Assembly: GCF_009914755.1 (NCBI RefSeq) | Contig: NC_060937.1 | Length of the DNA: 64,000 nucleotides | Direction: 5' to 3' (one strand) | Origin: the human T2T-CHM13v2.0 reference genome, Homo sapiens | Shown here: piece by piece, positions 30,588-47,054 of the stretch | How positions within the stretch are numbered: the stretch's first letter is position 1 | Layout of the letters: the number at the start of each line of letters is the position of its first letter | Notes under the pieces: generated by a model | What the model was told of the DNA's origin: nothing | Databases searched by the model: none | Seen by the model: the letters and a program-made list of their open reading frames with translations, nothing else | Program-made: the position numbers and the translations under genes

Positions 30588-32951
30588 TCAAATACACAAA
30601 GTATGTATTATATACTGTACATAAAATAGCAAAGTTCCCAAAATATGTATTATATACTGTACATAAAATATGAAAGTACCCAACCATTTATAATAAAGTC
30701 TACATAAAATACCAAAGTACCCAAACTGTGTATTATATACTGTCCATAAAATATCAAAGGACCCAAAATATATATCGTAAACTCTACATAAAATATCAAA
30801 GTAGCCAAAATACATATTGTATACTGTACATAAAATATAAAAGTACCCCAAATATGTATTATATACTGTACATAAAATATCAAAGTACCGATAATACATA
30901 TTATATACTGTACATAAAATATCAGAGGACCCAAAATAAACATTATATACTGTACATAAAATATCCAAATACTCACAATATATATTACATACTGTACATA
31001 AAATATCAAAGTACCCAAATTATGTATTATATATTGTACGTAAAATATCAGAGTACCCAAAATATGCATTATATACTGTACATAAAATATGAAAGTAACA
31101 ATACATTTATAATAAACTGTACATAAAATATCAAAGTACTCAAACTATATATCATTTACTGTACATAAAATATCAAAGTACCCAAACTGTGTATTATTAT
31201 ATACTGTATATAAAATATCAAAGTACCTGAAATATATATTGTATACTGTACATAAAATATCAAAGTACCCAAAATATATACTATATACTGTACATAAAAT
31301 ATGAAGGTACATCAAATATATATTATATCCTGTACATAAAATATCAAAGTACACCTATTATATATTGTGTACTGTACATAATATATTAAATCGCCCAAAT
31401 ATATATTGTATACTGTATATAAAATATGAAGGTACTTCAAATATATATTATATGCTGCACATAAAATATCAAAGTACCCAAAGTATGCATTACATACTCT
31501 ACATAAAATATCAAAGTACACATATTATATATTATATAATGTACATAAAATATGAAGGTTCATCAAATATATATTATATTCTGTACATAATATATCAAAG
31601 TACATCAAATATATATTATATACGGTACATAAAATATCAAAGTACCAAAAATATGTATTATATACTGTACATAAAACATGAAAGTAACCAAACATTTATA
31701 ATAAACTGTACATTAAATATCAAAGTACTCAATGTACATATTATATACAGTATATAAAATATCAAAGTACACAAACTGTATATTATATACTGTACATAAT
31801 ATATCAAAGTACCCAGAATATATAGCATACTGTACATAAAATATCAAAGTACCCAAAATATATATTGTATACTGTACATAAAATATGAAGGTACATCAAA
31901 GATATATTATATTCTGTACATAAAATATCAAACTACACCAAATATATATTATATGCTGTACATAATATATTAAAGTTGCCCATATATGCATTATATACTG
32001 TACATAAAATATGAACGTACATCAAATATATAGTATATGCTGCACATAAAATATCAAAGTACCCAAAGTATGTATTATACACTGTACATAAAATATCAAA
32101 GTACCAAAAGTATATATTACATACTGTAAATAAAATATGAAGGTACGTCAAATATATATTCTATTCTATACATAAAATATCAAAGTACACCAAGTATATA
32201 CTATATATTCTGCATAAAATATTAAATTACCCGAAATATGTATTGTATTGTGTACATAAAATATGAAAGTAACCAAACATTTATAATAAACTGTACATAA
32301 AATATCAAAGTACTCAAACTGTATATTATATACTGTACATAAAGTATCAAAGTACCCAAACTGTGTAGTATATACTGTACATAAAATATCAAGGTACCCA
32401 AAATGTATATTGTAAACTGTAGATAAAATATCAAAGTACCCAAAATATATATTATATACTGTACATGAAATATGAAGGCACATCCAATATATATTATACT
32501 CTGTACATAAAATATCAAAGTACACCAAATGTATATTCTATACTGTACATAAAATATCAAAGTACCCAAAGTGTATATTATATACTGTACATAAAATATG
32601 AAGGTTCATCAAATATATTTTATATTCTGCACATAATATATCAAAGTACAGCAAAATATCAAAATACCCAAAATATATATTATATACTGTACATAAAATA
32701 CCAAAGTACCCTAAGTATATATTATATACTGTATAAAAAATATCAAAGTAGCCAAAATATGTATTATACACTGTACATAATATATGAAAGTACCCAAACA
32801 TTTATAATAAACTGTACATAAAATATCAATGTACTCAAACTATATATTATGTGCGGTACATAAGATATCAAAGTACCCATACTATATAGTATATACTGTA
32901 CTTAAAATATCAAAATACCCAAAATATATATTATATACGTTACATAAACTA
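30588..32951 (+). repeat. HOR variant 2,364 bp (649-bp deletion)
   Basis: Copy of 6078-8441 at offset 24,510; same junction near 32653. Confidence 0.85.
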
Positions 32952-35900
32952 TCAAATACACAAAGTATGTATTATATACTGCACATAAAAGAGCAAAGTT
33001 CCCAAAATATGTATTATATACTGTACATAAAATATGAAAGTACCCAACCATTTATAATAAAGTCTACATAAAATACCAAAGTACCCAAACTGTGTATTAT
33101 ATACTGTCCATAAAATATCAAAGTACCCAAAATATATATTGTAAACTCTACATAAAATATCAAAGTAGCCAAAATACATATTGTATACTGTACATAAAAT
33201 ATAAAAGTACCCCAAATATATATTATATACTGTACATAAAATATCAAAGTACCCATAATACATATTATACACTGTACATAAAATATCAAATGACCCAAAA
33301 TAAACATTATATACTGTACATAAACTATTCAAATACTCAAAATATATATTACATACTGTACATAAAATATCAAAGTACCCAAATTATGTATTATATACTG
33401 TATGTAAAATATCAGAGTACCCAAAATATGCATTATATACTGTACATAAAATATGAAAGTAACAAAACATTTATAATAAACTGTACATAAAATATCAAAG
33501 TACTCAAACTATATATCATATACTGTACATAAAATATCAAAGTACCCAAACTGTGTATTATTACATACTGTATATAAAATATCAAAGTACCTGAAATATA
33601 TATTGTATACTGTACATAAAATATCAAAGTACCCAAAATATATACTATATACTGTACATAAAATATGAAGGTACATCAAATATATATTATATCCTGTACA
33701 TAAAATATCAAAGTACACCTATTATATATTGTGTACTGCACATAATATATTAAATCGCCTAAATATATATTGTATACTGTATATAAAATATGAAGGTACT
33801 TCAAATATATATTATATGCTGCACATAAAATATCAAAGTACCCAAAGTATGCATTACATACTGTACATAAAATATCAAATTACACAAATTATATATTATA
33901 TTCTGTACATAAAATATGTAGGTTCTTCAAATATATTTTATATTCTGTACATAATATATCAAAGTACATCAAATATATATTATATACGGTACATAAAATA
34001 TCAAAGTACCCAAAATATGTATTAATTACTGTGCATAAAATATGAAAGTAACCAAACATTTATAATAAACTGTACATAAAATATCAAAGTACTCAATCTA
34101 CATATTATATACAGTATATAAAATATCAAAGTACACAAACTGTATATTATATACTGTACATAATATATCAAAGTACCCAGAATATATAGCATACTGTACA
34201 TACAATATCAAAGTACCCAGAATGTATATTGTATTCTGTACATAAAATATGAATGTACATCAAAGATATATTATATTCTGTACATAAAATATCAAAGTAC
34301 ACCAAATATATATTATATGCTGTACATAATATATTAAAGTTGCCCATGCATACATTTTATACTGTACATAAAATATGAAGGTACATCAAATATATAGTAT
34401 ATGCTGCACATAAAATATCAAAGTACCCAAAGTATGTATTATATACTGTACATAAAATATCAAAGTACCAAAAGTGTATATTACCTACTGTAAATAAAAT
34501 ATGAAGATACCTCAAATATATATTATATTCTGTACATGAAATATCAAAGTACACCAAGTATATACTATATACTCTACATAAAATATTAAATTACCCAAAA
34601 TATGTATTGTATTGTGTACATAAAATATGAAAGTAACCAAACATTTATAATAAACTGTACATAAAATATCAAAGTACTCAAACCTTATATTATATACTGT
34701 ACATAAAGTATCAAAGTACCCAAACTGTGTAGTATATACTGTACATAAAATATCAAGGTACCCAAAATGTATATTGTAAACTGTAGATAAAATATCAAAG
34801 TACCCAAAATATATATTATATGCTGTACATAAAATATGAAGGCTCATCCAATATATATTATATTCTGTGCATAAAATATCAAAGTACACCAAATGTATAT
34901 TATATACTGTACATAAAATATAAAACTACCCCAAATATATCTTATATACTCTACATAAAATATCAAAGTACCCAAAATATATATTATATACTGTACATAA
35001 AATATCAAAGTACCCATAGTATGTATTATATCCTGTACATAAAATATGAAGGTACGTCAAATATATATTCTATTCTGCACATAAACTATCATATTGCACC
35101 AAATATAGATTGTATACTGTATATAAAATATGAAGGTACTTCAAATATATATTATATGCTGCACATAAAATATCAAAGTACCCAAAGTATGCATTATATA
35201 CTGTACATAAAATATCAAAGTACCCAAAGTGTATATTATATACTGTACATAAATTATGAAGGTTCATCAAATATATTTTATATTCTGCACATAATATATC
35301 AAAGTACAGCAAATATATATTATATACTGTACATAAAATATCAAAGTACCCAAAATATGTATTATATACTGTACATAAAATATGAAAGTAACCAAACATT
35401 TATAATAAACTGTACATAAAATATCAAAGTACTCAAACTACATATTATATACAGTATATAAAATGTCAAAGTACCCAAACTGTATATTATATACTGTACA
35501 TAATATATCAAAGTACCCGAATATATAGCATACTGTACATAAAATATCAAAGTACCCAAAATATATATTGTATACTGTACATAAAATATGAAGGTACATC
35601 AAAGATATATTATATTCTGTACATAAAATATCAAAGTACACCAAATATATATTATATGCTGTACAGAATATATTAAAGTCGACCAAATATATATTATATA
35701 CTGTACATAAAATATGAAGGTACATCAAATATATATTATATGCTGCACATAAAATATCAAAGTACCCAAAGTATGTATTATATACTGTACATAAAATATC
35801 AAAGTACCCAAAGTATATATTATATACTGTACATAAAATATAAAATACCCCAAATATATATTATATCCTGTACATAAAATATCAAAGTACCCAAAATATA

Positions 35901-38350
35901 TATTGTAAACTGTACATAAAATATCAAAGTAGCCAAAATATATATTGTATACTGTCCATAAAATATAAAAGTACCCCAAATATGTATTATATACTGTACA
36001 TAAAATATCAAAGTACCGATAATACATATTATATACTGTACATAAAATATCAAAGGACCCAAAATAAACATTATATACTATACATAAAATATCCAAATAC
36101 TCAAAATATATATTACATACTGTACATAAAATATCAAAGTACCCAAATTATGTATTATATACTGTACGTAAAATATCAGAGTACCCAAAATATGCATTAT
36201 ATACTGTACATAAAATATGAAAGTAACAAAACATTTATAATAAACTGTACATAAAATATCAAAGTACTCAAACTATATATCATATACTGTACATAAAATA
36301 TCAAAGTACCCAAACTGTGTATTATTATATACTGTATATAAAATATCAAAGTACCTGAAATATATATTGTATACTGTACATAAAATATCAAAGTACCCAA
36401 AATATATACTATATACTGTACATAAAATATGAAGGTACATAAATATATATTATATCCTGTACATAAAATATCAAAGTACACCTATTATATATTGTGTACT
36501 GTACATAATATATTAAATCGCCCAAATATATATTGTATACTGTATATAAAATATGAAGGTACTTCAAATATATATTATATGCTGCACATAAAATATCAAA
36601 GTACCCAAGGTATGCATTACATACTGTACATAAAATATCAAAGTACACATATTATATATTATATAATATACATAAAATATGAAGGTTCATCAAATATATA
36701 TTATATTCTGTACATAATATATCAAAGTACATCAAATATATATTATATACTGTACATAAAATATCAAAGTACCAAAAATATGTATTATATACTGTACATA
36801 AAATATGAAAGTAACCAAACATTTATAATATACTGTACATAAAATATCAAAGTACTCAGTCTACATATTATATACAGTATATAAAATATCAAAGTACACA
36901 CACTGTATATTATATACTGTACATAATATATCAAAGTACCCAGAATATATAGCATACTGTACATAAAATATCAAAGTACCCGAAATATATATGGTATACT
37001 GTACATAAAATATGAAGGTACATCAAAGATATATTATATTCTGTACATAAAATATCAAACTACACCAAATATATATTATATGCTGTACATAATATATTAA
37101 AGTTGCCCAAATATACATTCTATACTGTACATAAAATATGAACGTACATCAAATATATAGTATATGCTGCACATAAAATATCAAAGTACCCAAAGTATGT
37201 ATTATACACTGTAAATAAAATATCAAAGTACCAAAAGTATATATTACATACTGTAAATAAAATATGAAGGTACCTCAAATATATATTATATTCTGTACAT
37301 AAAATATCAAAGTACACCAAGTATATACTATATACTCTGCATAAAATATTAAATTACCCACAATATGTATTGTATTGTGTACATAAAATATGAAAGTAAC
37401 CAAACATTTATAATAAACTGTACATAAAATATCAAAGTACTCAAACTGTATATGATATACTGTACATAAAGTATCAAAGTACCCAAACTGTGTAGTATAT
37501 TCTGTACATAAAATATCAAGGTACCCAAAATATATATTGTAAACTGTAGATAAAATATCAAAGTACCCAAAATATATATTATATACTGTACATAAAATAT
37601 GAAGGCACATCCAATATATATTATATTCTGTACATAAAATATCAAAGTACACCAAATGTATATTATATACTGTACATAAAATATCAAAGTACCCAAAGTG
37701 TATATTATATACTGTACATAAAATATGAAGGTTCATCAAATATATTTTATATTCTGCACATAATATATCAAAGTACAGCAAATATATATTATATACTGTA
37801 CATAAAATATCAAAGTACCCAAAATATGTATTATATACTGTACATAAAATATGAAAGTAACCAAACATTTATAATAAACTGTACATAAAGTATCAAACTA
37901 CTCAAACTACATATTATATACAGTATATAAAACGTCAAAGTACCCAAACTGTATATTATATACTGTACATAATATATCAAAGTACCCAAATATATAGCAT
38001 ACTGTACATAAAATATCAAAGTACCCAAAATATATATTATATACTGTACATAAAATATCAAAATACCCAAAATATATATTATATACTGTACATAAATTAC
38101 CAAAGTACCCAAAGTATATATTATGTACCGTACAAAAAATATCAAAGTAGCCAAAATATGTATTATACACTGTACTTAATATATGAAAGTACCCAAACAT
38201 TTATAATAAACTGTAAATAAAATATCAATGTACTCAAACTATATATTATGTGCGGTACATAAGATATCAAAGTACCCATGCTATATAGTATATACTGTAC
38301 TTAAAATATCAAAATACCCAAAATATATATTATATACGTTACATAAACTA
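32952..38350 (+). repeat. Fused double HOR 5,399 bp
   Basis: Copy of 8442-13840 at offset 24,510. Confidence 0.85.
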
Positions 38351-40734
38351 TCAAATACACAAAGTATGTATTATATACTGTACATAAAATAGCAAAGTTC
38401 CCAAAATATGTATTATATACTGTACATAAAATATGAAAGTACCCAACCATTTATAATAAACTCTACATAAAATACCAAAGTACCCAAACTGTGTATTATA
38501 TACTGTCCATAAAATATCAAAGGACCCAAAATATATATTGTAAACTCTACATAAAATATCAAAGTAGCCAAAATACATATTGTATACTGTACATAAAATA
38601 TAAAAGTACCCCAAATATATATTATATACTGTACATAAAATATCAAAGTACCCATAATACATATTATATACTGTACATAAAATATCAAAGGACCCAAAAT
38701 AAACATTATATACTGTACATAAAATATCCAAATACTCACAATATATATTACATACTGTACATAAAATATCAAAGTACCCAAATTATGTATTATATACTGT
38801 ACGTAAAATATCAGAGTACCCAAAATATGCATTATATACTGTACATAAAATATGAAGGTACATCAAATATATAGTATATGCTGCACATAAAATATCAAAG
38901 TACCCAAAGTATGTATTATATACTGTACATAAAATATCAAAGTACCAAAAGTATATATTACCTACTGTAAATAAAATATGAAGATACCTCAAATATATAT
39001 TATATTCTGTACATAAAATATCAAAGTACACCAAGTATATACTATATACTCTACATAAAATATTAAATTACCCAAAATATGTATTGTATTGTGTACATAA
39101 AATATGAAAGTAACCAAACATTTATAATAAACTGTACATAAAATATCAAAGTACTCAAACTTTATATTATATACTGTACATAAAGTATCAAAGTACCCAA
39201 ACTGTGTAGTATATACTGTACATAAAATATCAAGGTACCCAAAATGTATATTGTACACTGTAGATAAAATATCAAAGTACCCAAAATATATATTATATAC
39301 TGTACATAAAATATGAAGGCACATCCAATATATATTATATTCTGTACATAAAATATCAAAGTACACCAAATGTATATTATATACTGTACATAAAATATAA
39401 AACTACCCCAAATATATCTTATATACTCTACATAAAATATCAAAGTACCCAAAATATATATTATATACTGTACATAAAATATCAAAGTACCCATAGTATG
39501 TATTATATCCTGTACATAAAATATGAAGGTACATCAAATATATATTCTATTCTGCACATAAAATATCATATTGCACCAAATATATATTGTATACTGTATA
39601 TAAAATATGAAGGTACTTCAAATATATATTATATGCTTCACATAAAATATCAAAGTACCCAAAGTATGCATTATATACTGTACATAAAATATCAAAGTAC
39701 CCAAAGTGTATATTATATACTGTACATAAAATATGAAGGTTCATCAAATATATTTTATATTCTGCACATAATATATCAAAGTACAGCAAATATATATTAT
39801 ATATTGTACATAAAATAACAAAGTACCAAAAATATGTATTATATACTGTACATAAAATATGAAAGTAACCAAATATTTATAATAAACTGTATATAAAATA
39901 TCAAAGTACTCAAACTACATATGATATACAGTATATAAAATATCAAAGTACCCAAACTATATATTATATACTGTACATACTATATCAAAGTACCCAAATA
40001 TATAGCATACTGTCCATAAAATATCGAAGTACCCAAAATATATATTGTATACTGTACATAAAATATGAAGGTACATCAAAGATATATTATATCCTGTACA
40101 TAAAATATCAAAGTACACCAAATATATATTATATGCTGCACATAATATATTAAAGTCGACCAAATATATATTATATACTGTACATAAAATATGAAGGTAC
40201 CTCAACTATATATTATATGCTGCACATAAAATATCAAAGTACCCAAAGTATGTATTATATACTGTACATAAAATATCAAAGTACCCAAAGTATATATTAT
40301 ATACTGTACATAAAATATAAAATACCCCAAATATATATTATATGCTGTACATAAAATATCAAAGTACACAAAATATGTATTATGTACTGTACATACAATA
40401 TAAAGGACCCAAAATATATACTATATACTGTACATAAAATATCAAAATACCCAAAATATATATTATATACTGTACATAAAGTACCAAAGTACCCAAAGTA
40501 TATATTATATACCGTACAAAAAATATCAAAGTAGCCAAAATATGTATTATACACTGTACATAATATATGAAAGTACCCAAACATTTATAATAAACTGTAC
40601 ATAAAATATCAATGTACTCAAACTATGTATTATGTGCGGTACATAACATATCAAAGTACCCATACTATATAGTATGTACTGTACTTAAAATATCAAAATA
40701 CCCAAAATATATATTATATACGTTACATAAACTA
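38351..40734 (+). repeat. HOR variant 2,384 bp
   Basis: Junction near 38854; cassette at 39388. Confidence 0.85.
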
Positions 40735-43700
40735 TCAAATACACAAAGTATGTATTATATACTGCACATAAAATAGCAAAGTTCCCAAAATATGTATTAT
40801 ATACTGTACATAAAATATGAAAGTACCCAACCATTTATAATAAACTCTACATAAAATACCAAAGTACCCAAACTGTGTATTATATACTGTCCATAAAATA
40901 TCAAAGTACCCAAAATATATATTGTAAACTGTACATAAAATATCAAAGTAGCCAAAATACATATTGTATACTGTACATAAAATATGAAAGTACCCCAAAT
41001 ATGTATTATATACTGTACATAAAATATCAAAGTACCCATAATACATATTATATACTGTACATAAAATATCAAAGGACCCAAAATAAACATTATATACTGT
41101 ACATAAAATATCCAAATACTCAAAATATATATTACGTACTGTACATAAAATATCAAAGTAACCAAATTATGTATTATATACTGTACGTAAAATATCAGAG
41201 TACCCAAAATATGCGTTATATACTGTACATAAAATATGAAAGTAACAAAACATTTATAATAAACTGTACATAAAATATCAAAGTACTCAAACTATATATC
41301 ATATACTGTACATAAAATATCAAAGTACCCAAACTGTGTATTATTATATACTGTATATAAAATATCAAAGTACCTGAAATATATACTGTATACTGTACAT
41401 AAAATATCAAAGTACCCAAAATATATACTATATACTGTACATAAAATATGAAGGTACATCAAATATATATTATATCCTGTACATAAAATATCAAACTACA
41501 CCTATTATATATTGTGTACTGTACATAATATATTAAATCGCCCAAATATATATTGTATACTGTATATAAAATATGAAGGTACTTCAAATATATATTATAT
41601 GCTGCACATAAAATATCAAAGTACCCAAGGTATGCATTACATACTGTACATAAAATATCAAAGTACACAAATTATATATTATATACTGTACATAAAATAT
41701 GTAGGTTCATCAAATATATTTTATATTCTGTACATAATATATCAAAGTACATCAAATATATATTATATACGGTACATAAAATATCAAATTACCCAAAATA
41801 TGCATTATTTACTGTACATAAAATATGAAAGTAACCAAACATTTATAATAAACTGTACATAAATTATCAAAGTACTCAATCTACATATTATATACAGTAT
41901 ATAAAATATCAAAGTACACAAACTGTATATTATATACTGTACATAATATGTCAAAGTACCCAGAATATATAGCATACTGTACATACAATATCAAAGTACC
42001 CAGAATGTATATTGTATACTGTACATAAAATATGAAGGTACATCAAAGATATATTATATTCTGTACATAAAATATCAAAGTACACCAAATATATATTATA
42101 TGCTGTACATAATATATTAAAGTTGCCCATGTATACATTTTATACTGTACATAAAATATGAAGGTACATCAAATATATACTATATGCTGCACATAAAATA
42201 TCAAAGTATCCAAAGTATGTATTATATACTGTACATAAAATATCAAAGTACCAAAAGTATATATTACCTACTGTAAATAAAATATGAAGGTACCTCAAAT
42301 ATATATTATATTCTGTACATGAAATATCAAAGTACACCAAGTATATACTATATACTCTACATAAAATATTAAATTACCCAAAATATGTATTGTATTGTGT
42401 ACATAAATTGTGAAAGTAACCAAACATTTATAATAAACTGTACATAAAATATCAAAGTACTCAAACTGTATATTATATACTGTACATAAAGTATCAAAGT
42501 ACCCAAACTGTGTAGTATATACTGTACATAAAATATCAAGGTACCCAAAATATATATTGTAAACTGTAGATAAAATATCAAAATACCCAAACTATATATT
42601 ATATACTGTACATAAAATATGAAGGCACATCAAATATATATTATATTCTGTACATGAAATATCAAAGTACACCAAATGTATATTATATACTGTATATAAA
42701 ATATCAAAGTACCCAAAGTGTATATTATATACTGTACATAAAATATGAAGGTTCATCAAATATATTTTATATTCTGCACATAATATATCAAAGTACAGCG
42801 AATATATATTATATACTGTACATAAAATATCAAAGTACCCAAAATATGTATTATATACTGTACATAAAATATGAAAGTAACCAAACATTTATAATAAACT
42901 GTACATAAAGTAACAAAGTACTCAAACTACATATTATATACAGTATATAAAATGTCAAAGTATCCAAACTGTATATTATATACTGTACATAATATATCAA
43001 AGTACCCGAATATATAGCATACTGTACATAAAATATCAAAGTACCCAAAGTGTGTATTATACACTGCACATAAAATATGAAGGTACATAAAATATATATT
43101 GTATTCTGTACATAAAATATCAAAGTACTCCAAATATATATTATATGCTGTACATAATATATTAAAGTCGCCCAAATATATATTATATACTGTACATAAA
43201 ATATGAAGGTACATCAAATATATATTATATGCTGCACATAAAATATCAAAGTACCCAAAGTATGTGTTATATACTGTACATAAAATATCAAAGTACCCAA
43301 AGTATATATTATATACTGTACATAAAATATAAAATACCCCAAATATATATTATATGCTGTACATAAAATATGAAAGTACACAAAATATGTATTATATACT
43401 GTACATAAAATACCAAAGGACCCAAAATATATATTATATACTGTACATAAAATATCAAAATACCCAAAATATATATTATATACTGTACATAAAATACCAA
43501 AGTACCCAAAGTATATATTATATACCGTACAAAAAATATCAAAGTAGCCAAAATATGTATTATACACTGTACATAATATATGAAAGTACCCAAACATTTA
43601 TAATAAACTGTACATAAAATATCAATGTACTCAAACTATATATTATGTGCGCTACATAAGATATCAAAGTACCGATACTATATAGTATATACTGTACTTA

Positions 43701-43747
43701 AAATATCAAAATACCCAAAATATATATTATATACGTTACATAAACTA
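40735..43747 (+). repeat. 3,013-bp HOR (chimera of the 16225 and 19238 unit haplotypes)
   Basis: Landmark spacing; allele switch near 41629. Confidence 0.85.
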
Positions 43748-46700
43748 TCAAATACACAAAGTATGTATTATATACTGTACATAAAATAGCAAAGTTCCCA
43801 AAATATGTATTATATACTGTACATAAAATATGAAAGTACCCAACCATTTATAATAAAGTCTACATAAAATACCAAAGTACCCAAACTGTGTATTATATAC
43901 TGTCCATAAAATATCAAAGGACCCAAAATATATATCGTAAACTCTACATAAAATATCAAAGTAGCCAAAATACATATTGTATACTGTACATAAAATATAA
44001 AAGTACCCCAAATATATATTATATACTGTACATAAAATATCAAAGTACCCATAATACATATTATATACTGTACATAAAATATCAAAGGACCCAAAATAAA
44101 CATTATATACTGTACATAAAATATCCAAATACTCAAAATATATATTACATACTGTACATAAAATATCAAAGTACCCAAATTATGTATTATATACTGTACG
44201 TAAAATATCAGAGTACCCAAAATATGCATTATATACTGTACATAAAATATGAAAGTAACAAAACATTTATAATAAACTGTACATAAAATATCAAAGTACT
44301 CAAACTATATATCATATACTGTACATAAAATATCAAAGTACCCAAACTGTGTATTATTACATACTGTATATAAAATATCAAAGTACCTGAAATATATATT
44401 TTATACTGTACATAAAATATCAAAGTACCCAAAATATATACTATATACTGTACATAAAATATGAAGGTACATCAAATATATATTATATCCTGTACATAAA
44501 ATATCAAAGTACTCCTATTATATATTGTGTACTGTACATAATATATTAAATCGCCCAAATATATATTGTATACTGTATATAAAATATGAAGGTACTTCAA
44601 ATATATATTATATGCTGCACATAAAATATCAAAGTACCCAAAGTATGCATTACATACTGTACATAAAATATCAAAGTACACAAATTATATATTATATTCT
44701 GTACATAAAATATGTAGGTTCATCAAATATATTTTATATTCTGTACATAATATATCAAAGTACATCAAATATATATTATATACGGTACATAAAATATCAA
44801 AGTACCCAAAATATGTACTATTTACTGTACATAAAATATGAAAGTAACCAAACTTTTATAATAAACTGTACATAAAATATCAAAGTACTCAATCTACATA
44901 TTATATACAGTATATAAAATATCAAAGTACACAAACTGTATATTATATACTGTACATAATATATCAAAGTACCCAGAATATGTAGCATACTGTACATACA
45001 ATATCAAAGTACCCAGAATGTATATTGTATACTGTACATAAAATATGAAGGTACATCAAAGATATATTATATTCTGTACATAAAATATCAAACTACACCA
45101 AATATATATTATATGCTGTACATAATATATTAAAGTTGCCCATGTATACATTTTATACTGTACATAAAATATGAAGGTACATCAAATATATAGTATATGC
45201 TGCACATAAAATATCAAAGTACCCAAAGTATGTATTATATACTGTACATAAAATATCAAAGTACCAAAAGTATATATTACCTACTGTAAATAAAATATGA
45301 AGATACCTCAAATATATATTATATTCTGTACATGAAATATCAAAGTACACCAAGTATATACTATATACTCTACATAAAATATTAAATTACCCAAAATATG
45401 TATTGTATTGTGTACATAAAATATGAAAGTAACCAAACATTTATAATAAACTGTACATAAAATATCAAAGTACTCAAACTTTATATTATATACTGTACAT
45501 AAAGTATCAAAGTACCCAAACTGTGTAGTATATACTGTACATAAAATATCAAGGTACCCAAAATGTATATTGTAAACTGTAGATAAAATATCAAAGTACC
45601 CAAAATATATATTATATACTGTACATAAAATATGAAGGCACATCCAATATATATTATATTCTGTACATAAAATATCAAAGTACACCAAATGTATATTATA
45701 TACTGTACATAAAATATAAAACTTCCCCAAATATATCTTATATACTCTACATAAAATATCAAAGTACCCAAAATATATATTATATACTGTACACAATATA
45801 TCAAAGTACCCATAGTATGTATTATATCCTGTACATAAAATATGAAAGTACGTCAAATATATATTCTATTCTGCACATAAAATATCATATTGCACCAAAT
45901 ATATATTGTATACTGTATATAAAATATGAAGGTACTTCAAATATATATTATATGCTGCACATAAAATATCAAAGTACCCAAAGTATGCATTATATACTGT
46001 ACATAAAATATCAAAGTACCCAAAGTGTATATTATATACTGTACATAAAATATGAAGGTTCATCAAATATATTTTATATTCTGCACATAATATATCAAAG
46101 TACAGCAAATATATATTATATACTGTACATAAAATAACAAAGTACCAAAAATATGTATTATATACTGTACATAAAATATGAAAGTAACCAAATATTTATA
46201 ATAAACTGTATATAAAATATCAAAGTACTCAAACTACATATTATATACAGTATATAAAATATCAAAGTACCCAAACTGTATATTATATACTGTACATACT
46301 ATATTAAAGTACCCGAATATATAGCATACTGTACATAAAATATCAAATTACCCAAAATATATATTGTATACTGTACATAAAATATGAAGGTACATCAAAG
46401 ATATATTATATTCTGTACATAAAATATCAAAGTACACCAAATATATATTATATGCTGTACATAATATATTAAAGTCGACCAAATATATATTATATACTGT
46501 ACATAAAATATGAAGATACATCAAATATATATTATATGCTGCACATAAAATATCAAAGTACCCAAAGTATGTATTATATACTGTACATAAAATATCAAAG
46601 TACCCAAAGTATATATTATATACTGTACATAAAATATAAAATACCCCAAGTATATATTATATGCTGTACATAAAATATCAAAGTACACAAAATATGTATT

Positions 46701-47054
46701 ATGTACTGTACATAAAATATCAAAGGATCCAATATATATATTATATAGTGTACATAAAATATCAAAATACCCAAAATATATATTATATACTGTACATAAA
46801 ATACCAAAGTACCCAAAGTATATATTATATACCGTACAAAAAATATCAAAGTAGCCAAAATATGTATTATACACTGTACATAATATATGAAAGTACCCAA
46901 ACATTTATAATAAACTGTACATAAAATATCAATGTACTCAAACTATATATTATGTGCGGTACATAAGATATCAAAGTACCCATACTATATAGTATATACT
47001 GTACTTAAAATATCAAAATACCCAAAATATATATTATATACGTTACATAAACTA
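43748..47054 (+). repeat. Long HOR 3,307 bp
   Basis: Copy of 27281-30587 at offset 16,467. Confidence 0.88.
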
